Below, piece after piece: positions 44,812-58,780 of a stretch of 64,000 nt of DNA. Position 1 is the stretch's first letter; each line of letters starts with the position of its first letter. The notes below the pieces were generated by a model that searched no databases, was not told where the DNA came from, and saw nothing but the letters and a program-made list of their open reading frames with translations. Source of the DNA: an uncultured Chloroflexia bacterium (GTDB taxonomy: Bacteria > Chloroflexota > Chloroflexia > Thermomicrobiales > UBA6265); the NCBI GenBank assembly GCA_963712055.1, contig CAVQGN010000002.1, forward strand, positions 134,784 to 198,783. Direction: 5' to 3'. Made by a program: the position numbers and the translations under genes.

Positions 44812-46038
44812 TCAGACGGCAGCTGATGGTTGACGTTCGAGAAGCCGCCCAGGGTTCAGCGTGTCGGTCGGATCGAACTCCTGTTTCATGCGGCGCATCA
44901 GATCGACCGATTCGAGTCCTTCACCGAACGCATCGACTTTCGACCGCACCACAAGAGGCGCGGTCATAACGGTCGTGCGTGGGTAGACGTGGCGAATCAG
45001 ACCGAACGTATCGACCAGGTCCTGGTCGGAGAGCCGTCCGCGTGCGAATTTGAAATCGATAGAACCCAACGCGGGGTTGAAACGTATCTCGAGATCACGA
45101 AACTCATGTGGCGGCAGCATCCCGGCCAAGTTGTCGACAGTCTGGACTGATTCCGACGGCAACGCCCTAACCCTGAGCCAGATATACGGTTCATCGCCCC
45201 GTGCCGTGAAGGCGGTGAGATTGTGCGACCAGAACATCTCGCTGTCATCGTGGCCGAGTTCTGTCGTCGGCGTCGAGAGACATTGCTTGACCGAGGTCAT
45301 CACTCGCTGAACTGTTGCTGGGCGTCCTTCAAATCGGGCTGCCACCGCCCATCCTGGTGAGTGACTCCTGACCTCGAGCGAGATCGGCCGCAGCGCTGAC
45401 GTCAGGATCGACGCCGACACGCGACTCGCTTCGGCTAGCGAGGTACAGGCTGCGATCAACGTCGCTTCAGTCCGTGCTGCCGGTATGACCTTCAGATTGA
45501 TCGACGTGATGATCGCGAGTGTGCCCAGCGATCCATGCAGCATTCTCATCATGTCGAAACCGCTGACGTTCTTGACGACCATTCCACCGGCCTTGGCCAC
45601 GGTTCCATTTGGATAAGCGGCTTCGATACCGATGAGATAATCACGGAGCGTCCCCGAACCGAACCGTCGCGGTCCGTAGATCGCTGCCGCGGCGATACCG
45701 CCAATCGTGGCGGACGCCGAATCCCAGGTTTCGATCGGCATCGCCTGCCCCTTCGACGCCAGGAGATCGTGCAGTTCGGCCAATGTCACTCCTGCACCCA
45801 CGGATATGGTCATATCGTCTGGTTCGTAGTCAAGAATCTGGTTCAGGGAAGTCGTCGAAACGATCCAATCGGGCGCGATGACCGGGTTGCCATAGCTCAA
45901 TCTCGTCTCTCCCCCGACTGGCATCACCCGTTTTCTCTGCGAGGATGCCTGGCCAAGGAGTTCTGCCATCGCCTGCGGCGTCGGCGGCTGAAGGCGTACC
46001 GCGTTACTCATGTGCTCATTGCTCACGACGGCTGTCAC
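44812..46038 (-). CDS. glcE: Glycolate oxidase FAD-binding subunit GlcE
   Basis: An FAD_PCMH-type domain (V.PVGG.T.......ISVGAGVTLAEL...G......TIGG......G.......G..RD...G.......G.......VKNV.G.D) located between glcD and glcF. Confidence 0.85.
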   Translation of the reverse strand: MTAVVSNEHMSNAVRLQPPTPQAMAELLGQASSQRKRVMPVGGETRLSYGNPVIAPDWIVSTTSLNQILDYEPDDMTISVGAGVTLAELHDLLASKGQAMPIETWDSASATIGGIAAAAIYGPRRFGSGTLRDYLIGIEAAYPNGTVAKAGGMVVKNVSGFDMMRMLHGSLGTLAIITSINLKVIPAARTEATLIAACTSLAEASRVSASILTSALRPISLEVRSHSPGWAVAARFEGRPATVQRVMTSVKQCLSTPTTELGHDDSEMFWSHNLTAFTARGDEPYIWLRVRALPSESVQTVDNLAGMLPPHEFRDLEIRFNPALGSIDFKFARGRLSDQDLVDTFGLIRHVYPRTTVMTAPLVVRSKVDAFGEGLESVDLMRRMKQEFDPTDTLNPGRLLERQPSAAV

Positions 46039-46059
46039 TTTTCCGCCCAGACGGGCTGA

Positions 46060-47520
46060 TCACAGTGCGTAGATACCGTATTTTTGCGCCATAGCTTGCT
46101 GGTGCAACGACCGGACTTCGCCGCAAACATAGCCTTGCGGGAACATCTTTTCGGGATTAAACATCGCGCCGGGATCGAACGCATTCTTGATCCCCGCCAT
46201 GGCCGCCAAATCCTCGCCGGTAAACACCAAATCCATGTATTCCCGCTTTTCCGTGCCGATGCCATGTTCGCCAGTGAGCGCGCCACCGATCTGCACGCAA
46301 TACGCGATGAGATCCTTGCTCGCTTCCATGACCCGCTCGACGTCGCGAACGTTATGACGATCAAACAACATCAGCGGATGGAGATTGCCGTCGCCAGCAT
46401 GAAACATGTTCGCGATTGGTAACGAATACGAATCAGAAATCCGCTGAACCTCGGTCAATGTCTGTGCTAGCTTGGTTCGCGGTACGACGGTGTCATGCAG
46501 GTAATAACTCGGCGCCAGGCGACCCATGGCCGCGATCGCCATCTTGCGACCCTTCCAGAGCAGATCACGATCTTTTTTCGCGGTCGCAGCACGTACCTCG
46601 GACGCCCCAGCCTTCAGACAAATTTGCCCGATCTCCTCGGCTGTTTCGGCTACATCCTCGTTCAATCCATCGACCTCGATCAGGAGGACTGCCCCCGCAT
46701 CCATCGGATAGCCGGCATGGTAGGCCGGCTCGACCGCCTGGATCGTAAGGTTGTCCATCATTTCGAGCGCCGCCGGCAGAATCCCCGCCTTGATCACCTC
46801 AGAAACGGCTTGGGACGCATCAGAAACCGTGGGGAACGCGGTCATCTGCACCGAGATCGCCTCTGGCACCGGGAGCAATCGCACGAGCGCTTTCGTGACA
46901 ACACCGAGCATCCCCTCCGAACCAACATAGATGCCGGTAAGGTCATACCCTGACGATTCTTCGCCTCGGCTGCCGATCCATCGAACCTCGCCGTCGTTCC
47001 CGACGACTTCGAGACCGAGGATATGGTTGGTCGTCACTCCGTATTTCAGGCAATGGGGACCGCCGGAGTTTTCTGCGACATTCCCGCCGATCGTACACGC
47101 GCGCTGGCTCGATGGGTCAGGAGCGAAAAAGAGTCCTTGCGGCTGAACCCACTCGGACAATTCAAGATTGATGACCCCGGGTTCGACCAACGCCGTCCGA
47201 TTTCCGGCATCGACTCGGAGAATCCGATTCATCCGGGTGGTGGCGACAACGATGCCGCCTTTTTGGGCCACCGAGCCGCCGCTCAGACCCGTGCCAGCGC
47301 CACGAGGAACCACCGGAACACCGTAGCGCAATGCCAGCGAAACGATCGCGGCAACCTGTTCTGCGGTTTCTGGTAGCACCACTGCAGCCGGCCGGGCGGT
47401 TTCGACTGCAGCATCAACTGAGCCGTCGTATTCGTAGACAATCAGGTCGCTAGGATGGAAAAAGACGTTTTCCGTTCCCACGATGCGCTGAAGATCGTCG
47501 ACAAGACTCTGCATCTGCAT
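46060..47520 (-). CDS. glcD: Glycolate oxidase subunit GlcD (FAD-linked oxidase)
   Basis: VVPRGAGTGLSGGSV, CTIGGNVAENSGG, and a C-terminal HAGDGNLHP...GG.LTGEHG.G. Confidence 0.92.
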   Translation of the reverse strand: MQMQSLVDDLQRIVGTENVFFHPSDLIVYEYDGSVDAAVETARPAAVVLPETAEQVAAIVSLALRYGVPVVPRGAGTGLSGGSVAQKGGIVVATTRMNRILRVDAGNRTALVEPGVINLELSEWVQPQGLFFAPDPSSQRACTIGGNVAENSGGPHCLKYGVTTNHILGLEVVGNDGEVRWIGSRGEESSGYDLTGIYVGSEGMLGVVTKALVRLLPVPEAISVQMTAFPTVSDASQAVSEVIKAGILPAALEMMDNLTIQAVEPAYHAGYPMDAGAVLLIEVDGLNEDVAETAEEIGQICLKAGASEVRAATAKKDRDLLWKGRKMAIAAMGRLAPSYYLHDTVVPRTKLAQTLTEVQRISDSYSLPIANMFHAGDGNLHPLMLFDRHNVRDVERVMEASKDLIAYCVQIGGALTGEHGIGTEKREYMDLVFTGEDLAAMAGIKNAFDPGAMFNPEKMFPQGYVCGEVRSLHQQAMAQKYGIYAL

Positions 47521-47587
47521 GAAGAATGGCCCGCTACGAATCCGAATACCTGACCCTCAGTATCGCCTGCATTTCCGTCGTGGGCAA

Positions 47588-47616
47588 TTGACGCGAGGTA
47601 GCCTGACACCTATCTT
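47588..47616 (+). promoter_or_regulatory. Putative sigma-70-type promoter TTGACG-N17-TATCTT
   Basis: Lies in the glcD/oxidoreductase divergent spacer, with the -10 about 44 nt upstream of ATG 47660. Confidence 0.3.
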
Positions 47617-47659
47617 GGCCGCAGCAAGGGTGGCGTTCATTCAAGCGAGGGTCAGATCG

Positions 47660-48868
47660 ATGCAGCACGTTGACACAGTGGTCATTGGCGGAGGCATCGT
47701 CGGCAACTCAACAGCGTTTTTCATGGCGATGCAGGGCGCTGCCAAGGTCGCTCTGTTTGAACGCGCAACCATCGCCTCGGAAGCGAGCGGCCGGACCGGC
47801 GCATTGCTTCGTCGGCACTACACCAACGAACCAGAAGCGCGTCTCGCAACGCGGGGTTACGAGATCTATCGCGACTGGGAGACGTTCACTGGTGAGCCGT
47901 CGGCTCACACACCGCATCCGGTTGTGGTCACCGTCGATACCGCTGGAGAAAGCGAAGGAAACATCGAGAAAATACGCCGCAATGTCGCCATGCTCAATGG
48001 CCTCGGTATCGAAATCGAGATGGTCACCCAGGCTGATCTGCAGCGACTGCAACCCTTCGCCGACTGGAGCGATATCGACGTCGCCACCCTCGAACCCCAG
48101 AGCGGCTATGTCGATGCGGTCCAAGCAACCCGGTCGATGGCACGGGCAGCGGAACGAGCGGGAGTCATCGTGCACGATCATCAACCGGTCCTGGAGATTC
48201 TTGTGACCGGCGGTCGTGTCACCGGCGTCCGCACCGCTTCCGGCGATATCGCGTGCGACACTGTTGTCTGTGCGGCCGGTCCCTGGTCGAACGGCTTGCT
48301 CACCCCACATGGGATCGACGTGCCGGTGACAGCGCTACGTGTGCAAGTCGCCATCCTGCACCGACCGCTCATCTTGCAGGAAGATCACTTTGTCTACCTG
48401 GATGTTGCAGCTGGAGTCTTCACCCGACCCTGGGGCGATGGTCGTTCACTGGTCGGCGTTGGTGGCGGTGATCAGCATGATGAGGTTGATCCGGACGGCT
48501 ACGATCCTCGCAACGACCTCGGATACGCGGATTTGGCGATCGAGGCCATCGCGAAACGAATTCCGGACATGCGCCACGCCGCCTATCTCCACGGGCATGC
48601 AGGGTTGTATGACATGAGTCCCGATACCCACCCGATCATTGGAGAAACCGGGATCGCTGGCCTCTATCTGGCGGCAGGTTTTAGCGGAGCAGGGTTCAAA
48701 AAGGGACCAGCCGTCGGCGAAGCACTAGCGAAGATGATCTCCGGCCAATCTCCTGAAGAAACGGGGCTCGCGCCATTTGCGTTAGGTCGGTTCGAAACCG
48801 AATCATGGCGCGAGCCATGGAGTGAAACCGAATACATCTTTAGTAGCGATTTCGGGCACCGCCTCTAG
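47660..48868 (+). CDS. FAD-dependent oxidoreductase (DAO family; sarcosine/D-amino-acid oxidase-like)
   Basis: MQHVDTVVIGGGIVGNSTAFFMA (Rossmann GxGxxG), with a GAGGG SD 7 nt upstream. The ORF-track start 47519 is an extension. Confidence 0.85.
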   Translation: MQHVDTVVIGGGIVGNSTAFFMAMQGAAKVALFERATIASEASGRTGALLRRHYTNEPEARLATRGYEIYRDWETFTGEPSAHTPHPVVVTVDTAGESEGNIEKIRRNVAMLNGLGIEIEMVTQADLQRLQPFADWSDIDVATLEPQSGYVDAVQATRSMARAAERAGVIVHDHQPVLEILVTGGRVTGVRTASGDIACDTVVCAAGPWSNGLLTPHGIDVPVTALRVQVAILHRPLILQEDHFVYLDVAAGVFTRPWGDGRSLVGVGGGDQHDEVDPDGYDPRNDLGYADLAIEAIAKRIPDMRHAAYLHGHAGLYDMSPDTHPIIGETGIAGLYLAAGFSGAGFKKGPAVGEALAKMISGQSPEETGLAPFALGRFETESWREPWSETEYIFSSDFGHRL

Positions 48869-48873
48869 CGGCT

Positions 48874-49980
48874 CTACATCGCGGCGATAATCGCCTCGGT
48901 CATCTCAGTGGTGGTCGCAGCTTTGGCGGGATCACGATCGAGCCTGAGATCGTAGGTGACCTTCTCACCGTCCGCTATCACACTCGACACCGCTTGCTCG
49001 ACCGATCGGGCCGCGTTGATCTCGCCAAAATGGCGGAGCATCAACGCACCGGAAAGAACCATGGCGGTTGGATTGGCTTCGTTCTTGCCCGCGTGCGTCG
49101 GAGCGGAACCATGGATCGGCTCGAAGACTGAGAAATCTGTGCCAATGTTGCCACCGGGTGCGACACCGAGTCCGCCAACCATTCCGGCGACCAGGTCACT
49201 GACGATATCTCCATAGAGATTCGCCATAACCATGACGTCGTACTCATCCGGTTTCTGCATGAGTTGCATGCACATGTTGTCGATGATCCGGTCGTTGACC
49301 TCGATGTCTGGATAATCGGCGGCGACTTCCTGGGCGATCCGCAAAAAAAGACCGTCCGTGAACTTCATGATGTTCGCCTTGTGAACGATTGTCACCTTTT
49401 TGCGGCCATTGGCGCGGGCATACTCAAACGCGAATTTGGCGATACGGCGGGAGCCTTCTGGCGTAATCAGTTTGATCGAAAGCGCGGCATCAGCGCCGAT
49501 CTGGCGTTTGCTGTAGCCATTGATCTGCTGAATGATGTCTGCCGTGTCGTCGGCGCCGGTATCGAACTCGATCCCGGAATACATCCCTTCCATGTTTTCG
49601 CGCACGATCACGAGATCGATATCATCGAAATAGGACTGCACACCCGGGATTGTCCGACCCGGGCGGATGTTCGCGTAGAGCCCAAGTTCCTGGCGAAGAC
49701 CGACGTTGACGCTGCGAAAACCGGTGCCGATGGGGGTTGTGATCGGTCCTTTGAGCCCGGTTCCGTTCTTGCGGATCGAGGCAAGGGTCGCTTCGGGCAG
49801 GAGTTCGCCAGTTTGCTCGTAGGCAATGAGACCAGCCTGCTGATAGTCCCAGTCGAAGTCAAGACCGGTTGCCTCAAGAACGGCAATCGTCGCCGCGGTG
49901 ACTTCCGGTCCGATGCCATCGCCCGGGATGACGGTGACGTTGTACACGTGTTTTCCCCTTCTTGTTGCCTCGAATACCAT
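48874..49980 (-). CDS. Isocitrate/isopropylmalate dehydrogenase-family enzyme, most like NAD-dependent isocitrate dehydrogenase
   Basis: VIPGDGIGPEV...FRSVNVGLRQELGLYANIRP...IVRENMEGMYSG...NLYGDI.SD...GG.G.APG.N. Confidence 0.85.
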   Translation of the reverse strand: MVFEATRRGKHVYNVTVIPGDGIGPEVTAATIAVLEATGLDFDWDYQQAGLIAYEQTGELLPEATLASIRKNGTGLKGPITTPIGTGFRSVNVGLRQELGLYANIRPGRTIPGVQSYFDDIDLVIVRENMEGMYSGIEFDTGADDTADIIQQINGYSKRQIGADAALSIKLITPEGSRRIAKFAFEYARANGRKKVTIVHKANIMKFTDGLFLRIAQEVAADYPDIEVNDRIIDNMCMQLMQKPDEYDVMVMANLYGDIVSDLVAGMVGGLGVAPGGNIGTDFSVFEPIHGSAPTHAGKNEANPTAMVLSGALMLRHFGEINAARSVEQAVSSVIADGEKVTYDLRLDRDPAKAATTTEMTEAIIAAM

Positions 49981-50096
49981 TTGGCGAATTGTCGCACGGA
50001 CAACGCCACCCGAATTGGCCAGCAGCGCGGGAGTTCACATGGCACACTCATGGTGATGGCGCATTCGCTTAAGCGAAAGAACAGGACTGATAATCC

Positions 50097-53293
<3,197 letters not shown>

Positions 53294-53315
53294 GTGTGCG
53301 AAATGAGCTGACACT

Positions 53316-54392
53316 ATGGATCTGAAGACCTTCCTGGCAGACCTCGATCGAATAGCTGCCGCGGCCAAAGCCGAACTCCCATTGATCGAAACGACAGCCG
53401 ATCTGCAAGCCTGGGATAGACAGTTTCTCGGCAGTCAGGGCGAGATAACGCTGTTGATGAAAAGTCTCGGTGGCGTCGACAAGGACGCTCGCCCGGAAGC
53501 AGGCAAACGCGCCAACATTGAGAAGACGGCGCTGGTGGCGAGCGAAGCTGAACGCAAGGCCTCACTCGAGCGCCGGGAGATCGGGCAACGCCTCGAAACA
53601 GACGCCGTCGACATCACCATGCCGGGACGTCAGCCGGTGCTTGGCTACGCCCATCCGGTCTGGTTGATGATTGAAGAGATCAGCGAAATCATGGGTTTAC
53701 TCGGTTTCCAGACGATGTTTGGCGACGAAGTCGAAACCGGGAAATACAATTTCGATCTGCTGAACATTCCCTCAGACCATCCAGCGCGCGATGTCTGGGA
53801 CACGATCATCGTCGACACGCCATCCGAGGAAATCGTGCTACGCACCCACACTTCGCCAATGCAGGCGCGGGTGATGGAAACGACTCCTCCACCGATTCGG
53901 GTGATCGTGCCCGGTCGTTGCTACCGGTACGAAGCACAGGACGCTTCCCACGAATGGATGTTTCACCAGATCGAAGGCCTCGCTGTTGATACCAATATCA
54001 CGATGAGTGATCTCAAGGGAGTGCTGGGAGAACTTGCCCGACAGCTTTTCGGTCCAAACCGGAAGATCAGGTTCCGCTGCGATTTCTTCCCGTTTGTCGA
54101 ACCGGGTGTCGACTTCGCCGTCGACTGCGCACTCTGCAATGGCTCCGGCTGCCGCGTTTGCAAACAGAGCGGCTGGCTGGAGATGGGAGGGGCCGGGATG
54201 GTTCATCCAAAGGTGCTGCAGGGTGTCGGGATCGATCCCGAGGAATACACCGGTTTTGCCTTCGGGCTCGGTGTCGAACGCCTGGTGATGATGAAATACG
54301 GAATCAACGACATCCGCGCCTTCGCCGGCAACGATCAGCGATTTCTCGAGTCCTATGCGATGGCCGCTGCCGCGCCCGGCTGGTTGAGGTAA
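53316..54392 (+). CDS. pheS: Phenylalanyl-tRNA synthetase alpha subunit
   Basis: HP......I..IF..MGF.......E.....NFD.LN.P.DHPARD..DT......LRTHTS..Q.R......P.R...PGR.YR-type class-II motifs are present. Confidence 0.95.
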   Translation: MDLKTFLADLDRIAAAAKAELPLIETTADLQAWDRQFLGSQGEITLLMKSLGGVDKDARPEAGKRANIEKTALVASEAERKASLERREIGQRLETDAVDITMPGRQPVLGYAHPVWLMIEEISEIMGLLGFQTMFGDEVETGKYNFDLLNIPSDHPARDVWDTIIVDTPSEEIVLRTHTSPMQARVMETTPPPIRVIVPGRCYRYEAQDASHEWMFHQIEGLAVDTNITMSDLKGVLGELARQLFGPNRKIRFRCDFFPFVEPGVDFAVDCALCNGSGCRVCKQSGWLEMGGAGMVHPKVLQGVGIDPEEYTGFAFGLGVERLVMMKYGINDIRAFAGNDQRFLESYAMAAAAPGWLR

Positions 54393-54399
54393 CGCGACT

Positions 54400-56853
54400 A
54401 TGAATGTCCCCATGAAATGGCTGCACGATTTCGTCAACCCAGGCGTCACACCGCAGGAGTTGGCTTACCGGTTGACAATGGCTGGACTCGAGGTCGAAAA
54501 GATCGACGAGGTCGGCGCCGAGTGGAACCAGGTTTTTGTTGGTCGAGTTCTCGATGTTTCGCAACATCCCGATGCTGACCGACTCGTTCTCGCTGATGTC
54601 GAAGCCGGCGAGCATCGGCTAACCGTAGTCACCGGCGCGCCTAACATCTACGCCGGCCAGACGGTGGCACTAGCATTGGCAGGCGCTGCCTTGATCGATG
54701 GCTATTCCGATTCAGGCGAACGCAAAGTCCTGAAGCCAACCAAGATGCGCGGAATCCTTTCCGCGGGTATGGTCTGTTCGGAAAAGGAACTTGGGCTTTC
54801 GGGTGAACACGAAGGAATTCTTTCGCTGGATGATGATGCCCCGGTCGGCGCTCCATTGCAGGAGTGGCTCGGCGATACGGTCCTCGAATTCGAGATCACG
54901 CCAAATCTAGTTCACGACTTCTCGGTCTACGGTATCGCTCGTGAAACTGCCGCACTATACGGTCTGGCGATCAAATCGCCTGAAGGAGTGGATCTTTGGT
55001 CGTTTCCTGATAGTGGTGCCGATCTCGTTCAGATCGAAGACGACGCTCTTTGTCCCCGCTATATCGGCATCGCGATCGACGGTGTGACCGTCGGACCGTC
55101 TCCCGGTTGGATGGCGAGACGGTTACAGCAGGCCGGTTTACGCACGATCAACAACATCGTCGACGTGACGAATTTCGTCATGCTCGAACTCGGTCAGCCA
55201 CTCCACGCTTTCGACTCCGCGCTCCTGGACGAAGGACGTGTGGTGATTCGACGCGCGCATGAAGGCGAAACTATCGAAACGCTCGATCATGAGAAACGCG
55301 ACCTGACTCCTGACATGCTCGTGATCGCCGATGCGAACAAAGCTGTTGCGGTAGCAGGGGTCATGGGCGGCGTCGATTCCGAAGTTTCTGAAGCCACGAC
55401 CTCGATCCTCCTTGAAGGCGCCAACTTCGACATGAAATCAATTCGCCACACCGCCAGACAGTTGCGATTGCGCACTGATGCCTCGGTCAGATTCGAGCGT
55501 GGTCTTGATCCCAATCTCGCCGGTCCGGCGATGAGTCGCGCTGCTGCCCTGATTCTTCAGATCTGTCCCAACGCCATGATCACGAAGATCACTGACGCCT
55601 ATCCAGGACCGGTCGGTCGGCGATCGCTTGAGATGGCCTTTTCCCGAATCGAGCGGGTCCTCGGTATCGGCTTTCCGGAAGAACAGGTGCTCGATGTACT
55701 CGCCCGTCTCGAATTCGAACCGTCGTTAAGTGGACCAGCAGACAAACGCCGCCTGACAGTTTCGATTCCCACCTATCGCAACGATGTTTCGATCCCGGAC
55801 GATATCGTAGAAGAAGTCGCCCGGGTTGTCGGATATGACGCGCTCCCGAGTACATTGCCAACCGGGGAATCAACACCTGTTTTCCGGGATGACGTTTTCA
55901 TGCTCCAGCGCACGCTTCGTGCCGTCCTCGTCGGTTGCGGTCTCTCGGAAGCGGTCACCTATGTCACGATCTCAAGCGAAACGCTTGATCGCTTCCTGGA
56001 TGTCGAGTCGGGCGAGTCCGGACTTGCGACCAAGGTCAAGGCGGGGAACGTCGTGCGACTCGTCAATCCACTACAGGCCGAGCGCTCGCTCTTGCGACCG
56101 ACTGTCGTCCCTTCGCTGCTCGAATCGGTTTCCCAGAATCTCAAACATGAAACCTCGTCACGACTGTTCGAGTTCGCCAAGTTCTTTCTGCCGCCGACTG
56201 AGAGCGAGCGCCCATCGGAGCGCAACGGCCTTGCGATAGCGATGGCTGGCCAGCGTGACGATGTGTCGCGATTCGGTTCGAGCGGTGATCTCGATTTCTT
56301 CGATCTCAAAGGCGTCGTCGAGGTCGTCCTTGAACGATCAGGACTTGGGTCGTGGGAGTTCAATCCGCTCGTTCATTCCGCTCTTCATCCGCATCGTGCC
56401 GCCATGATCACCAGTGGTGAAAATCGAATCGGTGTGATTGGGGAGCTTCATCCTGACACGATTGCCGCCTTCGGGATCAGCGGAACGCGGGCAATGGTCG
56501 CCGAAATCGATCTCGATACCGTTCTGGCTTGCCGCTCTGTCGCCCAAGCAGCCAGGGTCGGAGTCCCACGATTTCTGCCGGTCGAGCAGGATTTCGCGAT
56601 CGTTGTCGATACTGAGATTCCCAGCGCTACGGTCGAAGCTGCGCTCCGTCAGGGAGGCGGACCGCTGGTCAGCCGCGTCGTTCTTTTCGATGTCTACGAA
56701 GGAGAGCAAATCGGGGCGGGCAAACGGAGTCTGGCGTTCCGCGTCACGTTCACCGCGCCAGACCGGGCGTTGACCGATGCCGACCTTATCAAGATCCGGA
56801 AAAAGATCGAGAAAACCGTAGCTGCTCAAGCCAACGGAACCCTGCGAGCATGA
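54400..56853 (+). CDS. pheT: Phenylalanyl-tRNA synthetase beta subunit
   Basis: MNVPMKWLHDFV..., an N-terminal tRNA-binding (OB) domain (HPDADRL.L..V), B3/4, B5, and a C-terminal FDX-ACB-like end. Confidence 0.95.
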   Translation: MNVPMKWLHDFVNPGVTPQELAYRLTMAGLEVEKIDEVGAEWNQVFVGRVLDVSQHPDADRLVLADVEAGEHRLTVVTGAPNIYAGQTVALALAGAALIDGYSDSGERKVLKPTKMRGILSAGMVCSEKELGLSGEHEGILSLDDDAPVGAPLQEWLGDTVLEFEITPNLVHDFSVYGIARETAALYGLAIKSPEGVDLWSFPDSGADLVQIEDDALCPRYIGIAIDGVTVGPSPGWMARRLQQAGLRTINNIVDVTNFVMLELGQPLHAFDSALLDEGRVVIRRAHEGETIETLDHEKRDLTPDMLVIADANKAVAVAGVMGGVDSEVSEATTSILLEGANFDMKSIRHTARQLRLRTDASVRFERGLDPNLAGPAMSRAAALILQICPNAMITKITDAYPGPVGRRSLEMAFSRIERVLGIGFPEEQVLDVLARLEFEPSLSGPADKRRLTVSIPTYRNDVSIPDDIVEEVARVVGYDALPSTLPTGESTPVFRDDVFMLQRTLRAVLVGCGLSEAVTYVTISSETLDRFLDVESGESGLATKVKAGNVVRLVNPLQAERSLLRPTVVPSLLESVSQNLKHETSSRLFEFAKFFLPPTESERPSERNGLAIAMAGQRDDVSRFGSSGDLDFFDLKGVVEVVLERSGLGSWEFNPLVHSALHPHRAAMITSGENRIGVIGELHPDTIAAFGISGTRAMVAEIDLDTVLACRSVAQAARVGVPRFLPVEQDFAIVVDTEIPSATVEAALRQGGGPLVSRVVLFDVYEGEQIGAGKRSLAFRVTFTAPDRALTDADLIKIRKKIEKTVAAQANGTLRA

Positions 56854-58205
56854 TGAGCCCACCAGAAGAAATCTCGATCGACACGATTTCCGGCTACGAG
56901 GCGGCGTCGAAAACTCTCACACGCCGCCGAGGCTTCGAAGAAACCGAGCTCTCCGCATCGGCTCGGCACGGCATCCGCGAGTTCTGGGGCGAAGATCTCA
57001 GCGCCGACGAGGTCGTCGCCCGGATCCTGGATCAGGTCCGGAGAGAAGGCGATCCAACCCTCTACCGGTTAACGGCAGCCTTCGATCGGGCCAAAGTGGA
57101 TCGTCTCGAGGTTCCGAAATCCGCATGGGAAACGGCTTTTCAGTCGCTGTCGTCGGATCTGCAAGACGCTTTGACTCTTGCCGCCGAGCAGATCGAGCGA
57201 TTTCATCGCCATCAGATCCGGACCTCGTGGATTGAATTCACTGACGAAGGTGCGCTCGGACAGTTGATCCGACCTCTCGAACGGGTTGGGATATACGCTC
57301 CGGGTGGATCGGCGGCTTATCCGTCTTCGCTGCTGATGGCCTCAGTCCCGGCGCGGGTGGCTGGCGTTGGTGAGATTTTCGTTTGCTCACCACCTACAGG
57401 CGGCGCGGTGTCGCCACTTGTACTGGCGGCAGCGCATGTCGCCGGTGTTGATAGGGTGTTTCAGGTGGGTGGAGCACAAGCAATCGGGGCAATGGCGTAC
57501 GGAACGAACGAAGTTCCGCATGTCGACAAGATCTTCGGTCCGGGCAATATCTTCGTCGTCCTGGCGAAAAAACAGGTCTACGGCGTCGTCGCGATCGATC
57601 AGTTGCCAGGTCCGACCGAAACCATGATCGTTGCTGACGATAGCGCCGATCCCGCCATCACGGCTGCGGATATGCTTGCCCAGGCCGAACATGACCCGAT
57701 GGCGTCGGCGATTCTGATTACAACGTCAGCGACGCTGGCCGAACGAGTCAGGGGCGAACTCGAGCTCCAGGCGTCGAAACTCCCGCGCCAAGCAATCGTC
57801 CGTGCTTCGCTGGGTCAAAACGGCGCGATCGTGACAGTCGATAGCATCGAACAGGCGATCGATCTGGCCAACCGGTATGCGCCGGAGCATCTCTGTCTCT
57901 TGATCGCGAATCCATGGTCGGTTCTCGACCAGGTCAAGCACGCTGGCGGGGTCTTTCTTGGTGAATCGAGTCCAGAAGCGCTTGGCGACTACACCGCCGG
58001 TCCAAGTCACGTGATGCCCACCGGCGGAACTGCCCGCTTTTTTTCGCCAATCCATGTTGGCGATTTCACCAAAGTTATCAGTGTCATCGGCGCGAACGAA
58101 AAAGCCGTCGCTCGATTGGGTCCATCTACTATTGCCCTCGCTCACGCTGAAGGGCTAGACGCCCATGCCGAAGCGATCTGCAAGCGGCTGGAAAAACGCG
58201 ACTAG
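56850..58205 (+). CDS. hisD: Histidinol dehydrogenase
   Basis: VGIYAPGG.AAYPSS.LM...PA.VAGV......VGGAQAI.AMAYGT......GPGN.FV...K......ID..PGP.E......QAEHD. The ATG overlaps the pheT stop (ATGA). Confidence 0.93.
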   Translation: MMSPPEEISIDTISGYEAASKTLTRRRGFEETELSASARHGIREFWGEDLSADEVVARILDQVRREGDPTLYRLTAAFDRAKVDRLEVPKSAWETAFQSLSSDLQDALTLAAEQIERFHRHQIRTSWIEFTDEGALGQLIRPLERVGIYAPGGSAAYPSSLLMASVPARVAGVGEIFVCSPPTGGAVSPLVLAAAHVAGVDRVFQVGGAQAIGAMAYGTNEVPHVDKIFGPGNIFVVLAKKQVYGVVAIDQLPGPTETMIVADDSADPAITAADMLAQAEHDPMASAILITTSATLAERVRGELELQASKLPRQAIVRASLGQNGAIVTVDSIEQAIDLANRYAPEHLCLLIANPWSVLDQVKHAGGVFLGESSPEALGDYTAGPSHVMPTGGTARFFSPIHVGDFTKVISVIGANEKAVARLGPSTIALAHAEGLDAHAEAICKRLEKRD

Positions 58206-58780
58206 CCCTCGCCAAGCTGCTGGAGCGCACGCAGAATGCGATCTTCGACACTCTCCGATGACCGAGGCGGCAACTGCGAAAGCGCGAGCGTCGCTTCGCC
58301 GATCGTGTACCCGAGTGATTGCAGCGCTTCTATCACGTCTGGTTCTCCGGTGGCGCCGGATGAACCGGAGGATCCGGTCGATGGGAGTTTGCCCCTCAGA
58401 TCGACGATCAAGCGCGCAGCGGTTTTCTTGCCCACGCCCGGAACAGTTGCCAGCAGATCAGCGTTCCCCGCTTCAATGGCTACCGAAAGATCGCCCACCG
58501 AAAGCCGCGAGAGGATTGTGCACGCCATCCGCGGACCGATCCCGCTGACCGTGATCAGCGTTTCGAAGAGCGTCAACTCCTCGATGCTCCCGAATCCGAA
58601 CAACGCAAGCTGGTCTTCACGCACAACCAGGTGCGTGTAGAGACGGACCGACTCGCCAATATCGCCGAGATCGGAAACGGTGGTCGAGGACGTGCCGACG
58701 CGATAGGTCACACCATGAACGTCGACCAGAACGACATCAGCCGACTTCTGAACCAGGTTTCCCGATACTCCAGCGATCAT
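58202..58780 (-). CDS. ruvA: Holliday junction DNA helicase subunit RuvA
   Basis: MIAGVSGNLV......V.VDV.GV.Y.V.......L......V.L.THLVVRED...LFGF....E...F..LI.VSGIGP..A..ILS. Confidence 0.93.
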   Translation of the reverse strand: MIAGVSGNLVQKSADVVLVDVHGVTYRVGTSSTTVSDLGDIGESVRLYTHLVVREDQLALFGFGSIEELTLFETLITVSGIGPRMACTILSRLSVGDLSVAIEAGNADLLATVPGVGKKTAARLIVDLRGKLPSTGSSGSSGATGEPDVIEALQSLGYTIGEATLALSQLPPRSSESVEDRILRALQQLGEG